Counted from the stretch's first letter, positions 8,336 to 18,541 are shown. The stretch: DNA of 64,000 nucleotides from Gemmatimonadota bacterium (GCA_003222205.1 QHVC01000043.1:1944-65943); one strand, 5' to 3'. Notes: a model not told the origin generated them from the letters alone. Program-made: numbers and translations.

Positions 8336-8765
8336 AGAACCGGTCGAACGCGGCGACGAGGTCGGCGGCGATATCGCGCGGGCTGCGGCCCTCGATGCTG
8401 CGCCGCTCCAGCATGTAGACGAGTCGGCCGTCGCGAAACAGGGCCATGGAGGGTGAGGACGGACCGTAGCCCGTGAAGTAGGAGCGGGCGCGGGCGGTGG
8501 CCTCGGCGTCCTGGCCGGCGAACACCGTGTACAGCTTGTTCGGGCGCACCGGGTGCTCGAGCGCTAGCGTGGCGGCGGGGCGGGCGTTGCGGGCCGCGCA
8601 GCCGCACACCGAATTGACCACGACGAGCATCGGGGCGCGCTCGTCGGCGAGCGCGGCGTCCACCTCGGCGGCGGTGCGCAGCTCGCTGAATCCGATGCGC
8701 GTCAGCTCTTCACGCATCGGGCGCACCATCGCGGGGTCGTACATGGGGACGTTCAGTGAAGCCAT
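8328..8765 (-). CDS. Bacilliredoxin (BrxA/BrxB, DUF1094/YphP family) thiol-disulfide oxidoreductase
   Basis: ATG at 8765. MASLNVPMYDPAMVRPMREELT..GF.ELRT..EVD......MLVVVNSVCGCAA..ARPA is the family signature, including the CGC redox motif. The 3' end overlaps the GroES-like start by 8 nt. Confidence 0.8.
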   Translation of the reverse strand: MASLNVPMYDPAMVRPMREELTRIGFSELRTAAEVDAALADERAPMLVVVNSVCGCAARNARPAATLALEHPVRPNKLYTVFAGQDAEATARARSYFTGYGPSSPSMALFRDGRLVYMLERRSIEGRSPRDIAADLVAAFDRFCA

Positions 8766-8802
8766 GCGAACCTCGCTCGGGAAACGACAGTAGAATACTA
8801 CC

Positions 8803-9939
8803 ATGATCCGTCTTCCACGTGCCCTGGCTGCTGCCGCCGCCGCACTGGTTCTCGCCTGCTCTGACAACGGGGGCACTCCCCCACCGCCCCCACCTGGGTT
8901 CACCCTCACCCCCGTGACCATCACCGGGGATGCGGGCAGCTCGCTCGGCGTGCTCGACCCTGCACTGGCGTACGCCGCGGGCGCGGGCAGTGGTGGTCTC
9001 GTCTATTCGAGCGTGCCGAGCCAGAGCTCCGTGCACACCCGCGTAGCGCAGTCGAGCGACGGCGGCGCCACCTGGGCCTTCCTCGCGGACGTGAACGTCG
9101 CTACGGCTCGCACCATCACGACCACGGACATGGCGGTGTGCGGCGCCGCCACCTGCACCGGGACGTGGGTGCACGAGGTGCCCACCCTCGTCGTGGATTC
9201 CACGGACCCGGATGCGAGCCGCCGCTACAAGGTGTTCAACCACAGCTACTTCGTGACCTCGGGCGGGACACTGGAATACGCCTACGGCGTGATCTCCCTG
9301 TACACCGCCCCGGCGCTCGGCGGCCCGTGGTCGGCGGAAACGCGGCTCCTGGGGTGGGACTCGCCCTCGACGGCTTCGGACAGCGGCGTGGGCCAAAACA
9401 TCACACACGACCCCGCCCTGACGGGGGTCAGCAACTGTGTGCTGCTCACGGAGCCTGGCGCGCAGACTCGCGGCACGACGATCGATCTCGCCGTCGGCTG
9501 CGTGTGGTTCACAGGGACCAAGTTCCCCATCGACATCCGGCTGCTGCGCTCCACCGATCACGGGGCGACGTGGACTTACGTGACGACCCTCGTCGACACG
9601 GCCGGGGCCAACTTTCTGGGGTCGGATCGGGCGCAGATCAACGGCGCCGACTTGTTCACCGCCGGCGGGAAGTACTACCTCCTGGCGGACCCGCACGGAG
9701 CGGGTGGTGCCTACCTGGGTTGTGTGGAGTTGGAGTTCACGGACATCGCATCGGGCGCCCTGCTACAGCTCATGGGCGGGCCCGAGCCCCGGCGTCTGTA
9801 TCAGGCACCGGTGGGGGTGGGTTGGACGCCGTGCACGGGGGCGCCGGGCGCCACACAAACAGGCTTCCTGATGGGCGTGGCCAATCTGTCCGTCTCGCCG
9901 CCGCTGCGCATCGTGGCGACCAACCAAGGCCCGCCCTGA
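8803..9939 (+). CDS. BNR/sialidase-like repeat lipoprotein
   Basis: Lipobox LVLAC followed by a poly-Pro linker. Two Asp-box/BNR motifs are present (SSDGGATW, STDHGATW). Confidence 0.6.
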   Translation: MIRLPRALAAAAAALVLACSDNGGTPPPPPPGFTLTPVTITGDAGSSLGVLDPALAYAAGAGSGGLVYSSVPSQSSVHTRVAQSSDGGATWAFLADVNVATARTITTTDMAVCGAATCTGTWVHEVPTLVVDSTDPDASRRYKVFNHSYFVTSGGTLEYAYGVISLYTAPALGGPWSAETRLLGWDSPSTASDSGVGQNITHDPALTGVSNCVLLTEPGAQTRGTTIDLAVGCVWFTGTKFPIDIRLLRSTDHGATWTYVTTLVDTAGANFLGSDRAQINGADLFTAGGKYYLLADPHGAGGAYLGCVELEFTDIASGALLQLMGGPEPRRLYQAPVGVGWTPCTGAPGATQTGFLMGVANLSVSPPLRIVATNQGPP

Positions 9940-9948
9940 TCGGCCGAG

Positions 9949-10110
9949 TCACGACGACTTCTTTTCAGCGAGGCGCACCAGGAACGCCATCGCCAACAGC
10001 CCGACTGCCACGACCACCAGCACTCGCCGCTGGAGCGCCATGCCGATGATCCCCACGACGAGGCCCGATGCGCCGAGCCAAGCCTTCACGCGGAACCACG
10101 GGAGCGCCAC
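9949..10110 (-). CDS. Small two-TM membrane protein (53 aa)
   Basis: GTG at 10110 lies 2 nt after the enoyl-CoA hydratase stop. GC3 is high, and the sequence WLGASGLVVGIIGMAL..VLVVVAVGLLAMAFLV forms two hydrophobic helices. Confidence 0.4.
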   Translation of the reverse strand: MALPWFRVKAWLGASGLVVGIIGMALQRRVLVVVAVGLLAMAFLVRLAEKKSS

Positions 10111-10112
10111 GA

Positions 10113-10871
10113 CTACTTCTTGAGGAACGCCTGCAGGGCGGCGCGGAAATCCGGCGTCGTTCGGCTGATGGCGTTGACGTCGGCGGAGAGGCGGATGCCC
10201 TCCGCGAACGGCACCCCCTCCAGCCGGTAGAACAGCTGTTTGGTGAGCGCGAGGGCGCTGGCGCTGATCGTCGTCAAAGTGCGGAGCAGGTCGGCGGCCT
10301 GCTCCTCGAAGTCGGCGTCCTCGTAAACGCGGGAGACGAGCCCCACGGCGGCCGCCTCGGTCGCGGTCAACACATGACCGGTCGCGGCCAGGTCGAACGC
10401 GATCTTGTCCCCGACGCTGCGTTTCAGCAGGTTCATCACGAGCGCCGGCACGAAGCCGCGCTGCACCTCCGGATAGCCGAACTGCGCCGACTCCGCCGCG
10501 AGCACCAGGTCGCACGCCGTGGCCAGGCCGCAGCCTCCCGCGAGCGCGCGCCCGCGCACCAGCGCGACCACCGGCTTGGGGAGCTGCCGCAGGCGGACGA
10601 AGATCTCGCCGAAGTGCAGCGCCGCCTCCCGGTTCTCCGTCACGGTCTTGTCGGCCGAGGCGAGCAGCTCGTGGAGATCCATCCCCGCGCAGAAGTCGAC
10701 GCCCGCCCCCCGCAGCGCGACCACGCGCACCTCGGCGTCCAGGTCGGCGCGCTCGAGCAACGCGAGCAGCGCGTCGATCATGGCCGCATCGATGGCGTTA
10801 CGCTTGTCGGGACGGTTGAGGGTCCCTGTCAACACGCCGCCTTGCAGCGCGCTCAGCACCCGATCGCTCAC
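10113..10871 (-). CDS. Enoyl-CoA hydratase/isomerase (crotonase) family protein
   Basis: 252-aa ORF; ..LNRPDKRNAID.., ..FCAGMDL.., ..VVALVRGRALAGGCGLA..CDL.. are the crotonase oxyanion-hole motifs. Confidence 0.9.
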   Translation of the reverse strand: MSDRVLSALQGGVLTGTLNRPDKRNAIDAAMIDALLALLERADLDAEVRVVALRGAGVDFCAGMDLHELLASADKTVTENREAALHFGEIFVRLRQLPKPVVALVRGRALAGGCGLATACDLVLAAESAQFGYPEVQRGFVPALVMNLLKRSVGDKIAFDLAATGHVLTATEAAAVGLVSRVYEDADFEEQAADLLRTLTTISASALALTKQLFYRLEGVPFAEGIRLSADVNAISRTTPDFRAALQAFLKK

Positions 10872-11254
10872 CGCGGCACCTCCACCATCATGCGGAGCAG
10901 GGCGGTCGAGAACACCTTTCCCTGGGCGTCCGTCTTGAGCGAGATCGTGCCGCCGCCGTCGAGCGCGCCGTGCAACAGGAAATTGAGGGCCCGCAAGTTC
11001 GGCAGCTCGAAGCGCTCGACCGGTCCGGTGATCATCCCCTTGAAGTGCCGGGCGACCCGGGCGGCGGTCACGTGCTTGACAAGGTGCGCGTAGTACTCGG
11101 GTTTCCGCGCGATGAGCCCGACATTGGCCGTGTCACCCTTGTCTCCAGACCGGGCGTGAGCGAGGTCGAGCAGCAGGACCTTGCCCTTCCTGTCCGACGG
11201 TCCGACCGTCCGACCGTCCGACGCCTCCCTTAGACCGCGACCACGTCCACGCAC
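10868..11254 (-). CDS. AtuA-associated small protein (DUF4387-like)
   Basis: Conserved core [29 protein letters not shown]...[30 protein letters not shown]. The only canonical in-frame start is GTG at 11254, which overlaps the atuA end by 25 nt. The N-terminus is encoded by the 8-bp repeat array, so the start is uncertain. Confidence 0.6.
   Translation of the reverse strand: MRGRGRGLREASDGRTVGPSDRKGKVLLLDLAHARSGDKGDTANVGLIARKPEYYAHLVKHVTAARVARHFKGMITGPVERFELPNLRALNFLLHGALDGGGTISLKTDAQGKVFSTALLRMMVEVPR
11192..11222. repeat. Tandem array, 4 x (GTCCGAC + 1 nt), period 8
   Basis: Units begin at 11192, 11200, 11208 and 11216. On the coding (minus) strand they read GTCGGAC. The array begins 8 nt downstream of the atuA stop codon. 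Confidence 0.95.
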
Positions 11255-12603
11255 GGCTGGACCTCCCGCTTGTCGATGAGCGCCGGCCAGTAGGCGACGA
11301 TCTCCTCCGGCTTGGGCCGCCCGCCCGCGAACCCCGTGACGCTGGGCGGACCGTTGAGGATCAAGGGCGCGATCTCGCGCGTGAACCGCTCGACCGGGGC
11401 GAGCTCGCGCGCCCGCACGCCGACCCGGAGCTGCACCTCGGGGAGGTCGACGGGCACGCCTGCGGCGCTCGCGAGCCGACCGTGCGTCGCGTCCACGCCG
11501 ACGAATTCCGTCACGATCGCCTCGAACTCGAGTCCCAGGTCCGCGAGCCGCCGCCGCAACACCTGGTCGGCGCGGCGTGCCTTCGCGTAGGCGTCGGGCC
11601 ACGCGTACACCAGCGTCCCGACAGCCTTGTAGCCGTAGCCATAAGCGATCGAGACCTTGAGCTTGTCGGTCGCGGAGCGGCCTTTGATGCCGGCGAACCG
11701 CACGCGGTCCTTCCCTACCTGCGTCAGCTGGATGGTCGTGAAGTCGGCGACGCAGTCGGGCGTGATGTAGGCGCGCGGGTCGCCCATCTCGTAGACGAGC
11801 TGCTCGGTCACCCCGGCCACGGTGACGCGGCCGCCCGTGCCGGGATGCTTGGTCACGTCGAAGCTGCCGTCGGGGCGGGCCTCGACGATCGGATACCCGA
11901 CGTTGGCGAGGTCGGGCACGCGCTCCCAGTCCACGAGGCAATTCCCGCCGGTGCACTGGGCGCCGCATTCGATCGTGTGTCCGGCCACGGTGCCGGCCGC
12001 GAGCAGATCCCACGCGTCGCGGCGCCATCCGAAGGCGTGCATCATGGGCCCGAGCGTTAGCCCCGTGTCGGTGACGCGCCCCGTGATCACGATGTCTGCG
12101 CCGCGGCCCAGCGCCTCCACGACGGGTGCGGCGCCGAGATACGCGTTGGCCGACTGCACGCGGTCGCGCACGTCGCCGAGGGGCCGCCCGGTATCGAGGT
12201 TCTTCAGCCCGTGACCGCGCGCGAGGAGGTCGTCCAGTCGGCCCAGCAGGTCGTCGCCGCTGACGACGCCGATCGTGAGCTTCCCGGCCAGGCCGAGCCG
12301 GCGGGCGAGCGCGGCGACGGCCTCCGCGCAGGCGCGCGGGTTCACCCCGCCCGCATTCGTCGTCACCTTGATGCCGCGCTGCGCCAGGGTGGGAAGGATC
12401 CGCTCCATCAGCGGCACGAAATCCTTGGCATAGCCGAGAAGCGGGTCCCGGGACTTCTGCTTCTGCATGATGGACATGGTCACTTCGGCGAGATAGTCCA
12501 TCATCAGGTAATCCACCGGACCGCCGGTCACCTGGCGCACCGGTGCCTCGAGCCAGTCTCCCCAGAAGCCCTGCCCCGCCGCGATCCTGACGGTTTGCGT
12601 CAC
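11230..12603 (-). CDS. Acyclic terpene utilisation AtuA-like protein (DUF1446)
   Basis: GTG at 12603 overlaps the S8 peptidase stop (GTGA). ..[28 protein letters not shown].. and ..[14 protein letters not shown].. are typical DUF1446 segments. Confidence 0.8.
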   Translation of the reverse strand: MTQTVRIAAGQGFWGDWLEAPVRQVTGGPVDYLMMDYLAEVTMSIMQKQKSRDPLLGYAKDFVPLMERILPTLAQRGIKVTTNAGGVNPRACAEAVAALARRLGLAGKLTIGVVSGDDLLGRLDDLLARGHGLKNLDTGRPLGDVRDRVQSANAYLGAAPVVEALGRGADIVITGRVTDTGLTLGPMMHAFGWRRDAWDLLAAGTVAGHTIECGAQCTGGNCLVDWERVPDLANVGYPIVEARPDGSFDVTKHPGTGGRVTVAGVTEQLVYEMGDPRAYITPDCVADFTTIQLTQVGKDRVRFAGIKGRSATDKLKVSIAYGYGYKAVGTLVYAWPDAYAKARRADQVLRRRLADLGLEFEAIVTEFVGVDATHGRLASAAGVPVDLPEVQLRVGVRARELAPVERFTREIAPLILNGPPSVTGFAGGRPKPEEIVAYWPALIDKREVQPCVDVVAV

Positions 12604-15428
12604 GGATGCTCCAGGGTCGCGCGCAGAATCGCCGCGTCGCCGCCGGGAGGCGTCACGCGCACTTCGACGAGGGGCTGGAAGCCCGCGGGCGCCTGCAGCG
12701 GGGGCGTAGCGGCGATCTCGAGCGTGGAGCGGCCGCCCGCGACGACGGTCACGTCCTTGCCGGCCTGGGCCGGCCGCGGCGTCTTGAGCAGGAATCGCAC
12801 CCGCACCGTGGCGCGCCAGGCCGGGACCGGCCCGACCTGGGCCGACGCGGGGAACAGCTCGACGGTGAGCGCCTGACCGGCCAGCTCCTCGGGAACCGCG
12901 AACCGCTGGCGGGCCACCGCGTAGTTCATCGGCCCTTCGTTCACCTGCTGGCCGCTGGAATCGAAAACCGTGACCCCGAAATCGGTGAACCGGTTCCACT
13001 GCTCGCGCGGCATCTCGACGTCCACCTCGGCCCGCGCCGCCCACGCCGGGACGCGTACCGTGAGCGACTCGGCCGGGAGGCCGCGTCCTTCGACCGCAAA
13101 CGCGGCTTCCGCGCCGATCAATTGCGAGGTCACCCGGCCAGCCACCGTCTCCGATCCGGCGTCGCCGGCCTCCAGGCCATGCCCGGTCCGGGCGAGCGTC
13201 ACGGCGGCGATCGCGGCGCGCACGTCCGCGGTCACGGCCGCCAGCGGCGGGGCGACGACGTCCAGCTCGTACACGCCGGCGACGAGGTCCTCCGCCCGGA
13301 CCACGACGTCCGTCGTGCCGCCGTCGGCCCCGCCGACACTGATGTCGTCGGGTGCGTCGCGGAACGGCCGACCATCCGGCTCGTAGAGCTTGGCGAACGC
13401 GTGCTGCGTGGAATCGGCCAGGGACACCGTCGCGTGCAACGTGGAGCCCACCGCCGGCACGCGCAGGAAGTAGCGTTGGACCCGGCCCGCCGCGACGGCG
13501 TGCCGCGGGTCGCTCAGCGGACGGGTCGGGAGATCGTAGGGAACGACGATCGCGTTGACAAGCTCGAACAGCGGCCCCGAGAGGGTATCGCTGGGGTTGC
13601 GCGCGGTGACGGTGCCCACGTACACGCCCGGCGCGGCGAAGCTCGCTCCCCGGTATGCGACGGCGATATCGGTCGCCGGCGCCCCCGCCCGGATCTGCGC
13701 CGGGACCGAGAGCCACGCTGCGTCGCTGCGCAGGTCCAACTGTGCGGCGCGGAACCCCATGGCGGGCGCGACGTGGAAGGACTGCACGGTGTCGCCCGGT
13801 CCCGCGAGACCGTCGCGCCGGAAAGCCGCCGAGCTCCCGTTGGGGGTGCGCACGACGTACACCGCTCCCTGGTGCCCGGCGGCAAGCCACCGGTAGGCGG
13901 CCTCGAGTTTCGGCACGCCGGCGCCGGCATCGAGGACCGTTGTCCCGGCGATCGGGGTCGCCGAGACCCGCAGCGCCTGCATGACCTCCGCCGCGCCGGG
14001 CCGCCGACCCTCCTGCGTCATCGCCGACACGAGGCAGGCCGCCAAACCAGTGGCGTGCGGGGCGGCCATGCTGGTGCCACCCTTAATCTCGTCTCCGGTG
14101 TTCCAGCGCGGCACCGAGGAGAATGCCACCCCCGGCGCCAGCAAGTCCGGTTTGTCGCTGTCGCCGCCGCGCGAGCTGAACCAGGCGAGCGCGTCGGGCG
14201 CCGGGGGCACGCCGGGCTGCGGCGGGCGCGAAAAGACTCCGGGATACAGGGCCCCAACCGACAGGGCGAGGTCCGCGGACCCGGGAAAGCCCATGGTCGA
14301 GAGTCCCGGCCCGTCGTTGCCGGCGCTGATCGCGAACACCACGTCAGGGTGAGCAGCGAGGAATCCGTTGATGAGCGAGTCGATGAGCGCCCGTCCTTCC
14401 TGCTCGTTGCCCACGCCGAAGCTCATATTGAGCACCAAGGGGAGGTTGCGCTGGGCGGCGAAACGAGCCGCGTACTCCATCGCCCGCACCATCGAGCCGT
14501 TCACCGAGATGCCGCCGCGCGCGTTGTTGGCGATCTTGAGCGCCAGCAGCTGCGCGCCGGGAGCCACCCCGTCGAATCCCTGCACGTTGTAGAGGTTGTG
14601 CCCCGCGGCGATGCCGGCGACGTGAGTGCCGTGGCCGGACGTATCGAACACCAGGTCGAGGATCGGCGCGCCGGCGCTGTCGGTGAAGTTGGCCGCGATG
14701 GTGAGCGGGCGGCGCCCCAAGGCGATCGTCTCGCGACCCTGCCGGTAGTCGTGCAGCGGCGTTTCGTCCTCGAGCGAGCCGTTGAGGTTCGTGTCGAGGA
14801 ACGCGACCCAGCCATCCATCGCCTTCACCACGACGACCGGGAATTCATCGGTGTTGTCCCCATCGCCGTTCACATCGGCCGCGGGGAGCTTGCCCAGAGG
14901 CAGCTCGCGGAACACGCCTGCATACCACCTCGCACCGGTCGCGAGGCGGGCGATCCGCCCGGCCCCCACGAGCTGCTTTCCCGCGACCGTGACCACGCCG
15001 TCGCCGGTCGGGGTGACGGGAGTGAGGACGATCCGGCCCTCCCCGGAAAAATCGCGCAGGTCGAGGAGCTTGGGCGCCCCGGTAGTGGTGGTGATGAGGC
15101 CAGCGACGCCGGGATCCACCCCCGAGTCCAGGATCCCGATGATCACGCCGCGGCCGTCATAGGTCGGATGCGCGGTGCGGAACTGGTCCACGCCCGTGGC
15201 CCCGAGCGGCATGAGCCCCGCCAGGAGCGCGAGCGGCGGCGGCACGATCGGCTCCGCTTGCTCCGGCGTGGCCCGACTGCCGTCGGCGGGGGCGGCGGGG
15301 GCGGCGGGAGCGGCGGGAGCCGGTGTCGCGGCGGGCTTCGGCGTGGCGGGTGCTGGGCTCCGGCCGGCGCAGGCGGCGACGCACACCGCGGCGAGGACAG
15401 CCCACCAGCAAGGGAAGCGCAGCGTCAT
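12600..15428 (-). CDS. S8 family serine peptidase lipoprotein, tripeptidyl-peptidase-II-like with large C-terminal extension
   Basis: 942 aa with lipobox VAAC and a Pro/Ala linker. The catalytic triad contexts are ILDSGVD, HGTHVAG and GTSMAAPH. An inserted domain lies between Asp and His, as in TPPII-type subtilases. Confidence 0.85.
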   Translation of the reverse strand: MTLRFPCWWAVLAAVCVAACAGRSPAPATPKPAATPAPAAPAAPAAPADGSRATPEQAEPIVPPPLALLAGLMPLGATGVDQFRTAHPTYDGRGVIIGILDSGVDPGVAGLITTTTGAPKLLDLRDFSGEGRIVLTPVTPTGDGVVTVAGKQLVGAGRIARLATGARWYAGVFRELPLGKLPAADVNGDGDNTDEFPVVVVKAMDGWVAFLDTNLNGSLEDETPLHDYRQGRETIALGRRPLTIAANFTDSAGAPILDLVFDTSGHGTHVAGIAAGHNLYNVQGFDGVAPGAQLLALKIANNARGGISVNGSMVRAMEYAARFAAQRNLPLVLNMSFGVGNEQEGRALIDSLINGFLAAHPDVVFAISAGNDGPGLSTMGFPGSADLALSVGALYPGVFSRPPQPGVPPAPDALAWFSSRGGDSDKPDLLAPGVAFSSVPRWNTGDEIKGGTSMAAPHATGLAACLVSAMTQEGRRPGAAEVMQALRVSATPIAGTTVLDAGAGVPKLEAAYRWLAAGHQGAVYVVRTPNGSSAAFRRDGLAGPGDTVQSFHVAPAMGFRAAQLDLRSDAAWLSVPAQIRAGAPATDIAVAYRGASFAAPGVYVGTVTARNPSDTLSGPLFELVNAIVVPYDLPTRPLSDPRHAVAAGRVQRYFLRVPAVGSTLHATVSLADSTQHAFAKLYEPDGRPFRDAPDDISVGGADGGTTDVVVRAEDLVAGVYELDVVAPPLAAVTADVRAAIAAVTLARTGHGLEAGDAGSETVAGRVTSQLIGAEAAFAVEGRGLPAESLTVRVPAWAARAEVDVEMPREQWNRFTDFGVTVFDSSGQQVNEGPMNYAVARQRFAVPEELAGQALTVELFPASAQVGPVPAWRATVRVRFLLKTPRPAQAGKDVTVVAGGRSTLEIAATPPLQAPAGFQPLVEVRVTPPGGDAAILRATLEHP

Positions 15429-16993
15429 GGATGACTCGGCAAAGTAAAGGGCCCGAGGTGGGGCCCGCTGAACTCGGTCGTCACCGCGAGCAGGAACGCG
15501 AGGAGGTCGCGGGTCTCCTCGGGGAGCACGATCGCGTCCACGAAACCGCGGGCGCCCGCGAATCTGGCGTCGAGCTGGTGGTCGTAGTCGGCGCGCATGG
15601 CATCCACGGCGGCCGCGTTCTGGGACTTGGCCGCCTCTTCGCCGAAGACCGCCTGGACGGCCGACTCGCCTTCCATGACTCCCATGCGGCCGGTGGGCCA
15701 GGAGAGGATGAAGTCGGGATCGAAGCCCTGGCCGGCCATGGCGTAGTAGCCGGCGCCGGAGGCGTGGTTCACCGTGAGGACGAGCTTGGCCACGGTAGCC
15801 GTCGCCATCGCTTCGACGAAGCGCGCCCCGGCGCGGATAATCCCGGTGTGCTCGGCCTCGACGCCGACCATGAACCCCGACACGTCCTGCACAAACAGCA
15901 GCGGGATGCGCTCGCGATCCGCGTTCTCGATGAAATACGCGACCTTCTCGGCGCTCTCGGTATAAATGATGCCGCCGATCTTTGGGGGCTCACCCTTCTT
16001 GCCCTTGATGACGCCGCGGGAGTTGGCGATCACCGCCACCGGGCGCCCTTCGATCACCCCATGTCCGCAGATCATCTCGGGCGCGACCTCGGGCTGGAAC
16101 TCATCGAGCCGGCCTTCGTCGAGCAGACACTCGAGCACTGCGCGCGCGTCGTAGCTCATGCGGTGGTCGGCGGGCAGGAGATCGTACAGTTCCGTGGGGT
16201 CGCGCTTGGGCGGCTTCGCGGGCGGGACGGGACGAGCGGTGGCGGGGAGTCGCGCCACGTAGGCGCGGATGCGGTCCAGACACTCGGCGTCGTCCTTGGT
16301 CCGATAGTGCGCTACGGCGCTGATGGCGGTGTGGGTCCTCGCGCCGCCCAACGTTTCCCCGTCCACGGTCTGGCCGGTCGCGCCCTTCACGAGGTTGGGG
16401 CCGCCGAGTCCCATGAACGACGTGCCGTCGACCATGAAGATCACGTCCGAGAGCGCGGGCAGGTAGGCGCCCCCGGCGATGCACGGTCCCATCACGGCGG
16501 CGATCTGCGGCACGCGCAGGTAGTGGCGCATCAGTGAGTTGTAGAAGAAGATCCGCGCCGCGCCGTACTGCCCCGGGAACACGCCCCCCTGGTAGGGCAG
16601 ATTCACTCCGGCCGAGTCGACGAGATAGACGATGGGGATGCGCTGGCGCATGGCCACTTCCTGGGCGCGCAGCATCTTCTTGATCGTCTCGGGCCACCAC
16701 GAGCCCGCCTTCACCGTGGCGTCGTTCGCCACGATCACCACCGGCCGCCCCGCCACCCGCCCCACGCCGGTGACCACTCCCGCGCCCGGGGCCTGGCCGT
16801 CGTATTGGTCGTGGGCGACGAGCAGGCCGAGCTCGAACCAAGCGCTGCCCGGGTCGAGCAACTTCGCGACCCGCTCGCGCGCCGTGAACTTCCCTTGGTC
16901 GTGCTGGCGCTTGATCTTGTCGGGGCCGCCGCCCTGCTCCAGGCGGGCCCGCAGCTCGCGCACCTCGCCGGCGAGCGTCTTGAGTCGCGTCAT
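15425..16993 (-). CDS. Acyl-CoA carboxylase carboxyltransferase (beta) subunit (propionyl-/methylcrotonyl-/geranyl-CoA carboxylase family)
   Basis: ATG at 16993. ..GKFTARERV..LLD.GS..E.. and ..VANDATVKAGSWWP.. match the family pattern. The stop overlaps the peptidase start (ATGA). Confidence 0.9.
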   Translation of the reverse strand: MTRLKTLAGEVRELRARLEQGGGPDKIKRQHDQGKFTARERVAKLLDPGSAWFELGLLVAHDQYDGQAPGAGVVTGVGRVAGRPVVIVANDATVKAGSWWPETIKKMLRAQEVAMRQRIPIVYLVDSAGVNLPYQGGVFPGQYGAARIFFYNSLMRHYLRVPQIAAVMGPCIAGGAYLPALSDVIFMVDGTSFMGLGGPNLVKGATGQTVDGETLGGARTHTAISAVAHYRTKDDAECLDRIRAYVARLPATARPVPPAKPPKRDPTELYDLLPADHRMSYDARAVLECLLDEGRLDEFQPEVAPEMICGHGVIEGRPVAVIANSRGVIKGKKGEPPKIGGIIYTESAEKVAYFIENADRERIPLLFVQDVSGFMVGVEAEHTGIIRAGARFVEAMATATVAKLVLTVNHASGAGYYAMAGQGFDPDFILSWPTGRMGVMEGESAVQAVFGEEAAKSQNAAAVDAMRADYDHQLDARFAGARGFVDAIVLPEETRDLLAFLLAVTTEFSGPHLGPFTLPSHP

Positions 16994-17007
16994 GGAAGGA
17001 CTACGGG

Positions 17008-17427
17008 TCAGGCCGCCACATGCTCGGCGGCCCACGCTTCGATGTACTTGACCAGATCCGCCGTCGGCGTGCCCGGCCCGAACAGCTTGCCGATGCCCTG
17101 CCCCTGGAGCGCCGCCATATCCTCCGGTGGGATGATCCCGCCGCCCGTGACGAGCACGTCGTCGCGCCCCGCCTGTGCGAGCAGCGCCCGGACGCGGGGG
17201 AACAGGGTCATGTGGGCGCCGGACAGGATCGAGAGCCCCACGACGTCGGCGTCCTCCTGAATCGCGGCCTGCGCGATCATCTCCGGCGTCTGGTGGAGGC
17301 CGGTGTAAATCACTTCCATTCCCGCGTCGCGCAGCGCGGCGGCGACGACCTTGGCGCCGCGATCATGTCCGTCCAGCCCGGGCTTCGCGACGAGGACCCG
17401 GATGGGCCGCTTGCGCGCCCGCGCCAT
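17008..17427 (-). CDS. Methylmalonyl-CoA mutase, cobalamin-binding small subunit
   Basis: 139 aa; ..[31 protein letters not shown].. contains the DxHxxG B12-binding motif. Confidence 0.92.
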   Translation of the reverse strand: MARARKRPIRVLVAKPGLDGHDRGAKVVAAALRDAGMEVIYTGLHQTPEMIAQAAIQEDADVVGLSILSGAHMTLFPRVRALLAQAGRDDVLVTGGGIIPPEDMAALQGQGIGKLFGPGTPTADLVKYIEAWAAEHVAA

Positions 17428-18539
17428 CAGCGCCGGAACCTCAACAGGGCGGCCAGCCCGTCGACGGCGCGGCGGGCTTGGTCATCGTACAGCACGTCCA
17501 CCTGGGCCCGCTCCGCCAGCGCCTCCTCGACCGCATCGTCGATGCGCAGGTCGTCTGCCTGCCCGTCGGCGAGCAGCGTGCGGACCTGCCCGCGCCGCAA
17601 CGCTTTGAGCGTCGGCTCGACCCCGTTCACCGCCCAGCCCGTCCCCAGCCCGTCGCGAACGGATGCGCCGTGCGCGCGCTCCCACGCGCGCTCCCGCGCC
17701 TCGCGCAACGCCAGGGCAGCCTCCCGCACCTGCGGCGCGGAAGCGCTCTTCGGGTTGAGCTTGACGACTCCCAGGACCAGATCATGGAGATAGGTATGGA
17801 GGTGGGGCAGCACGGCGGCGGCATCGACCCCCACACCGGCCACGACGAGCCCCGCGAGCGGCCGCTGCGTGTGCAGCTGAAAAAGCTGATCCGCGACGGC
17901 GGCATAATGGCGGTGCTTCTCCTCGCGGATGCGCTGGTGATAGTTGTGCTCCCCCGAGCCCGCGCCCACTTGCCCGCCGCGGATGACCCGCCGCGCCCCG
18001 CGAAACTTGGAGGGTCGGGTCGCGAAGGCCGGGAGACCCGACAGCTCCGTTACCTCGTAGGCCGTCACGGCGAAAAAGCGCGCACTGCTGCGGTCGCAGA
18101 GGGCGACGACGATGGTGCCGAACTCCTCCTCGAGCGCGACCAGCTCACGAATGAGGGGCGTCGGGGTCACGGCGAGCCGCGACTTGTGCACATGCGGGAG
18201 CGGGAGCATGTCGAACAGACCCAGCTCCCCGCACGCGAACAAGGCAATGCCGCGCGCCGAGGGAAGCCGGCCCGGGTCGTCGAAGTAGCGGCGCACCCGT
18301 TCCAGATCCGCGGCGACCGCTTCCCGCTCCGGTCGCTCCAGGGGCAGCCGGGCAACCTCGGCGGCCGCCCGCTTGACCCGGTTCTTCATTTTGATGAGGT
18401 ACTTGCCGCGGGTCTTGTCGCGCGGCTCCAGCTTCAGGTAGCACGACACCACGCGAGCCGCGTCGAGGCTGATCCGCGACAGACGCGCGATCGCCGCGCG
18501 GATGGTGTCCTCCGTCGCGAGGGTGGGCAGGGCGGTCAT
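17427..18539 (-). CDS. eRF1-like protein (bacterial archaeo-eukaryotic release factor, baeRF-type) with intact GGQ
   Basis: 370 aa. The N-terminus has ..[12 protein letters not shown].. GGQ sits at residues 188-190 (nt 17970-17978), followed by HQRIREE..RHY. The C-terminal [23 protein letters not shown] resembles eRF1 domain 3. Assignment rests on motif recognition only. Confidence 0.55.
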   Translation of the reverse strand: MTALPTLATEDTIRAAIARLSRISLDAARVVSCYLKLEPRDKTRGKYLIKMKNRVKRAAAEVARLPLERPEREAVAADLERVRRYFDDPGRLPSARGIALFACGELGLFDMLPLPHVHKSRLAVTPTPLIRELVALEEEFGTIVVALCDRSSARFFAVTAYEVTELSGLPAFATRPSKFRGARRVIRGGQVGAGSGEHNYHQRIREEKHRHYAAVADQLFQLHTQRPLAGLVVAGVGVDAAAVLPHLHTYLHDLVLGVVKLNPKSASAPQVREAALALREARERAWERAHGASVRDGLGTGWAVNGVEPTLKALRRGQVRTLLADGQADDLRIDDAVEEALAERAQVDVLYDDQARRAVDGLAALLRFRR

Positions 18540-18541
18540 GG

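Noticed and set aside
15290-15330. Tandem GCGGCGGG(G/A) 9-mers
   Set aside because: This is simply the Pro/Ala linker ([11 protein letters not shown]) after the lipobox of the S8 peptidase, read on the opposite strand. Such linkers commonly give this low complexity in high-GC genomes.
12606-15434. 942-aa plus-strand ORF mirroring the S8 peptidase gene. Similar long antisense or shadow ORFs include 484..1761(-), 6086..7729(-), 43262..45475(-) and 55788..57713(+).
   Set aside because: These are typical high-GC shadow ORFs. Their translations are Arg/Gly/Pro/Ala low-complexity with no motifs, while the opposite strand or another frame encodes clearly recognisable proteins.
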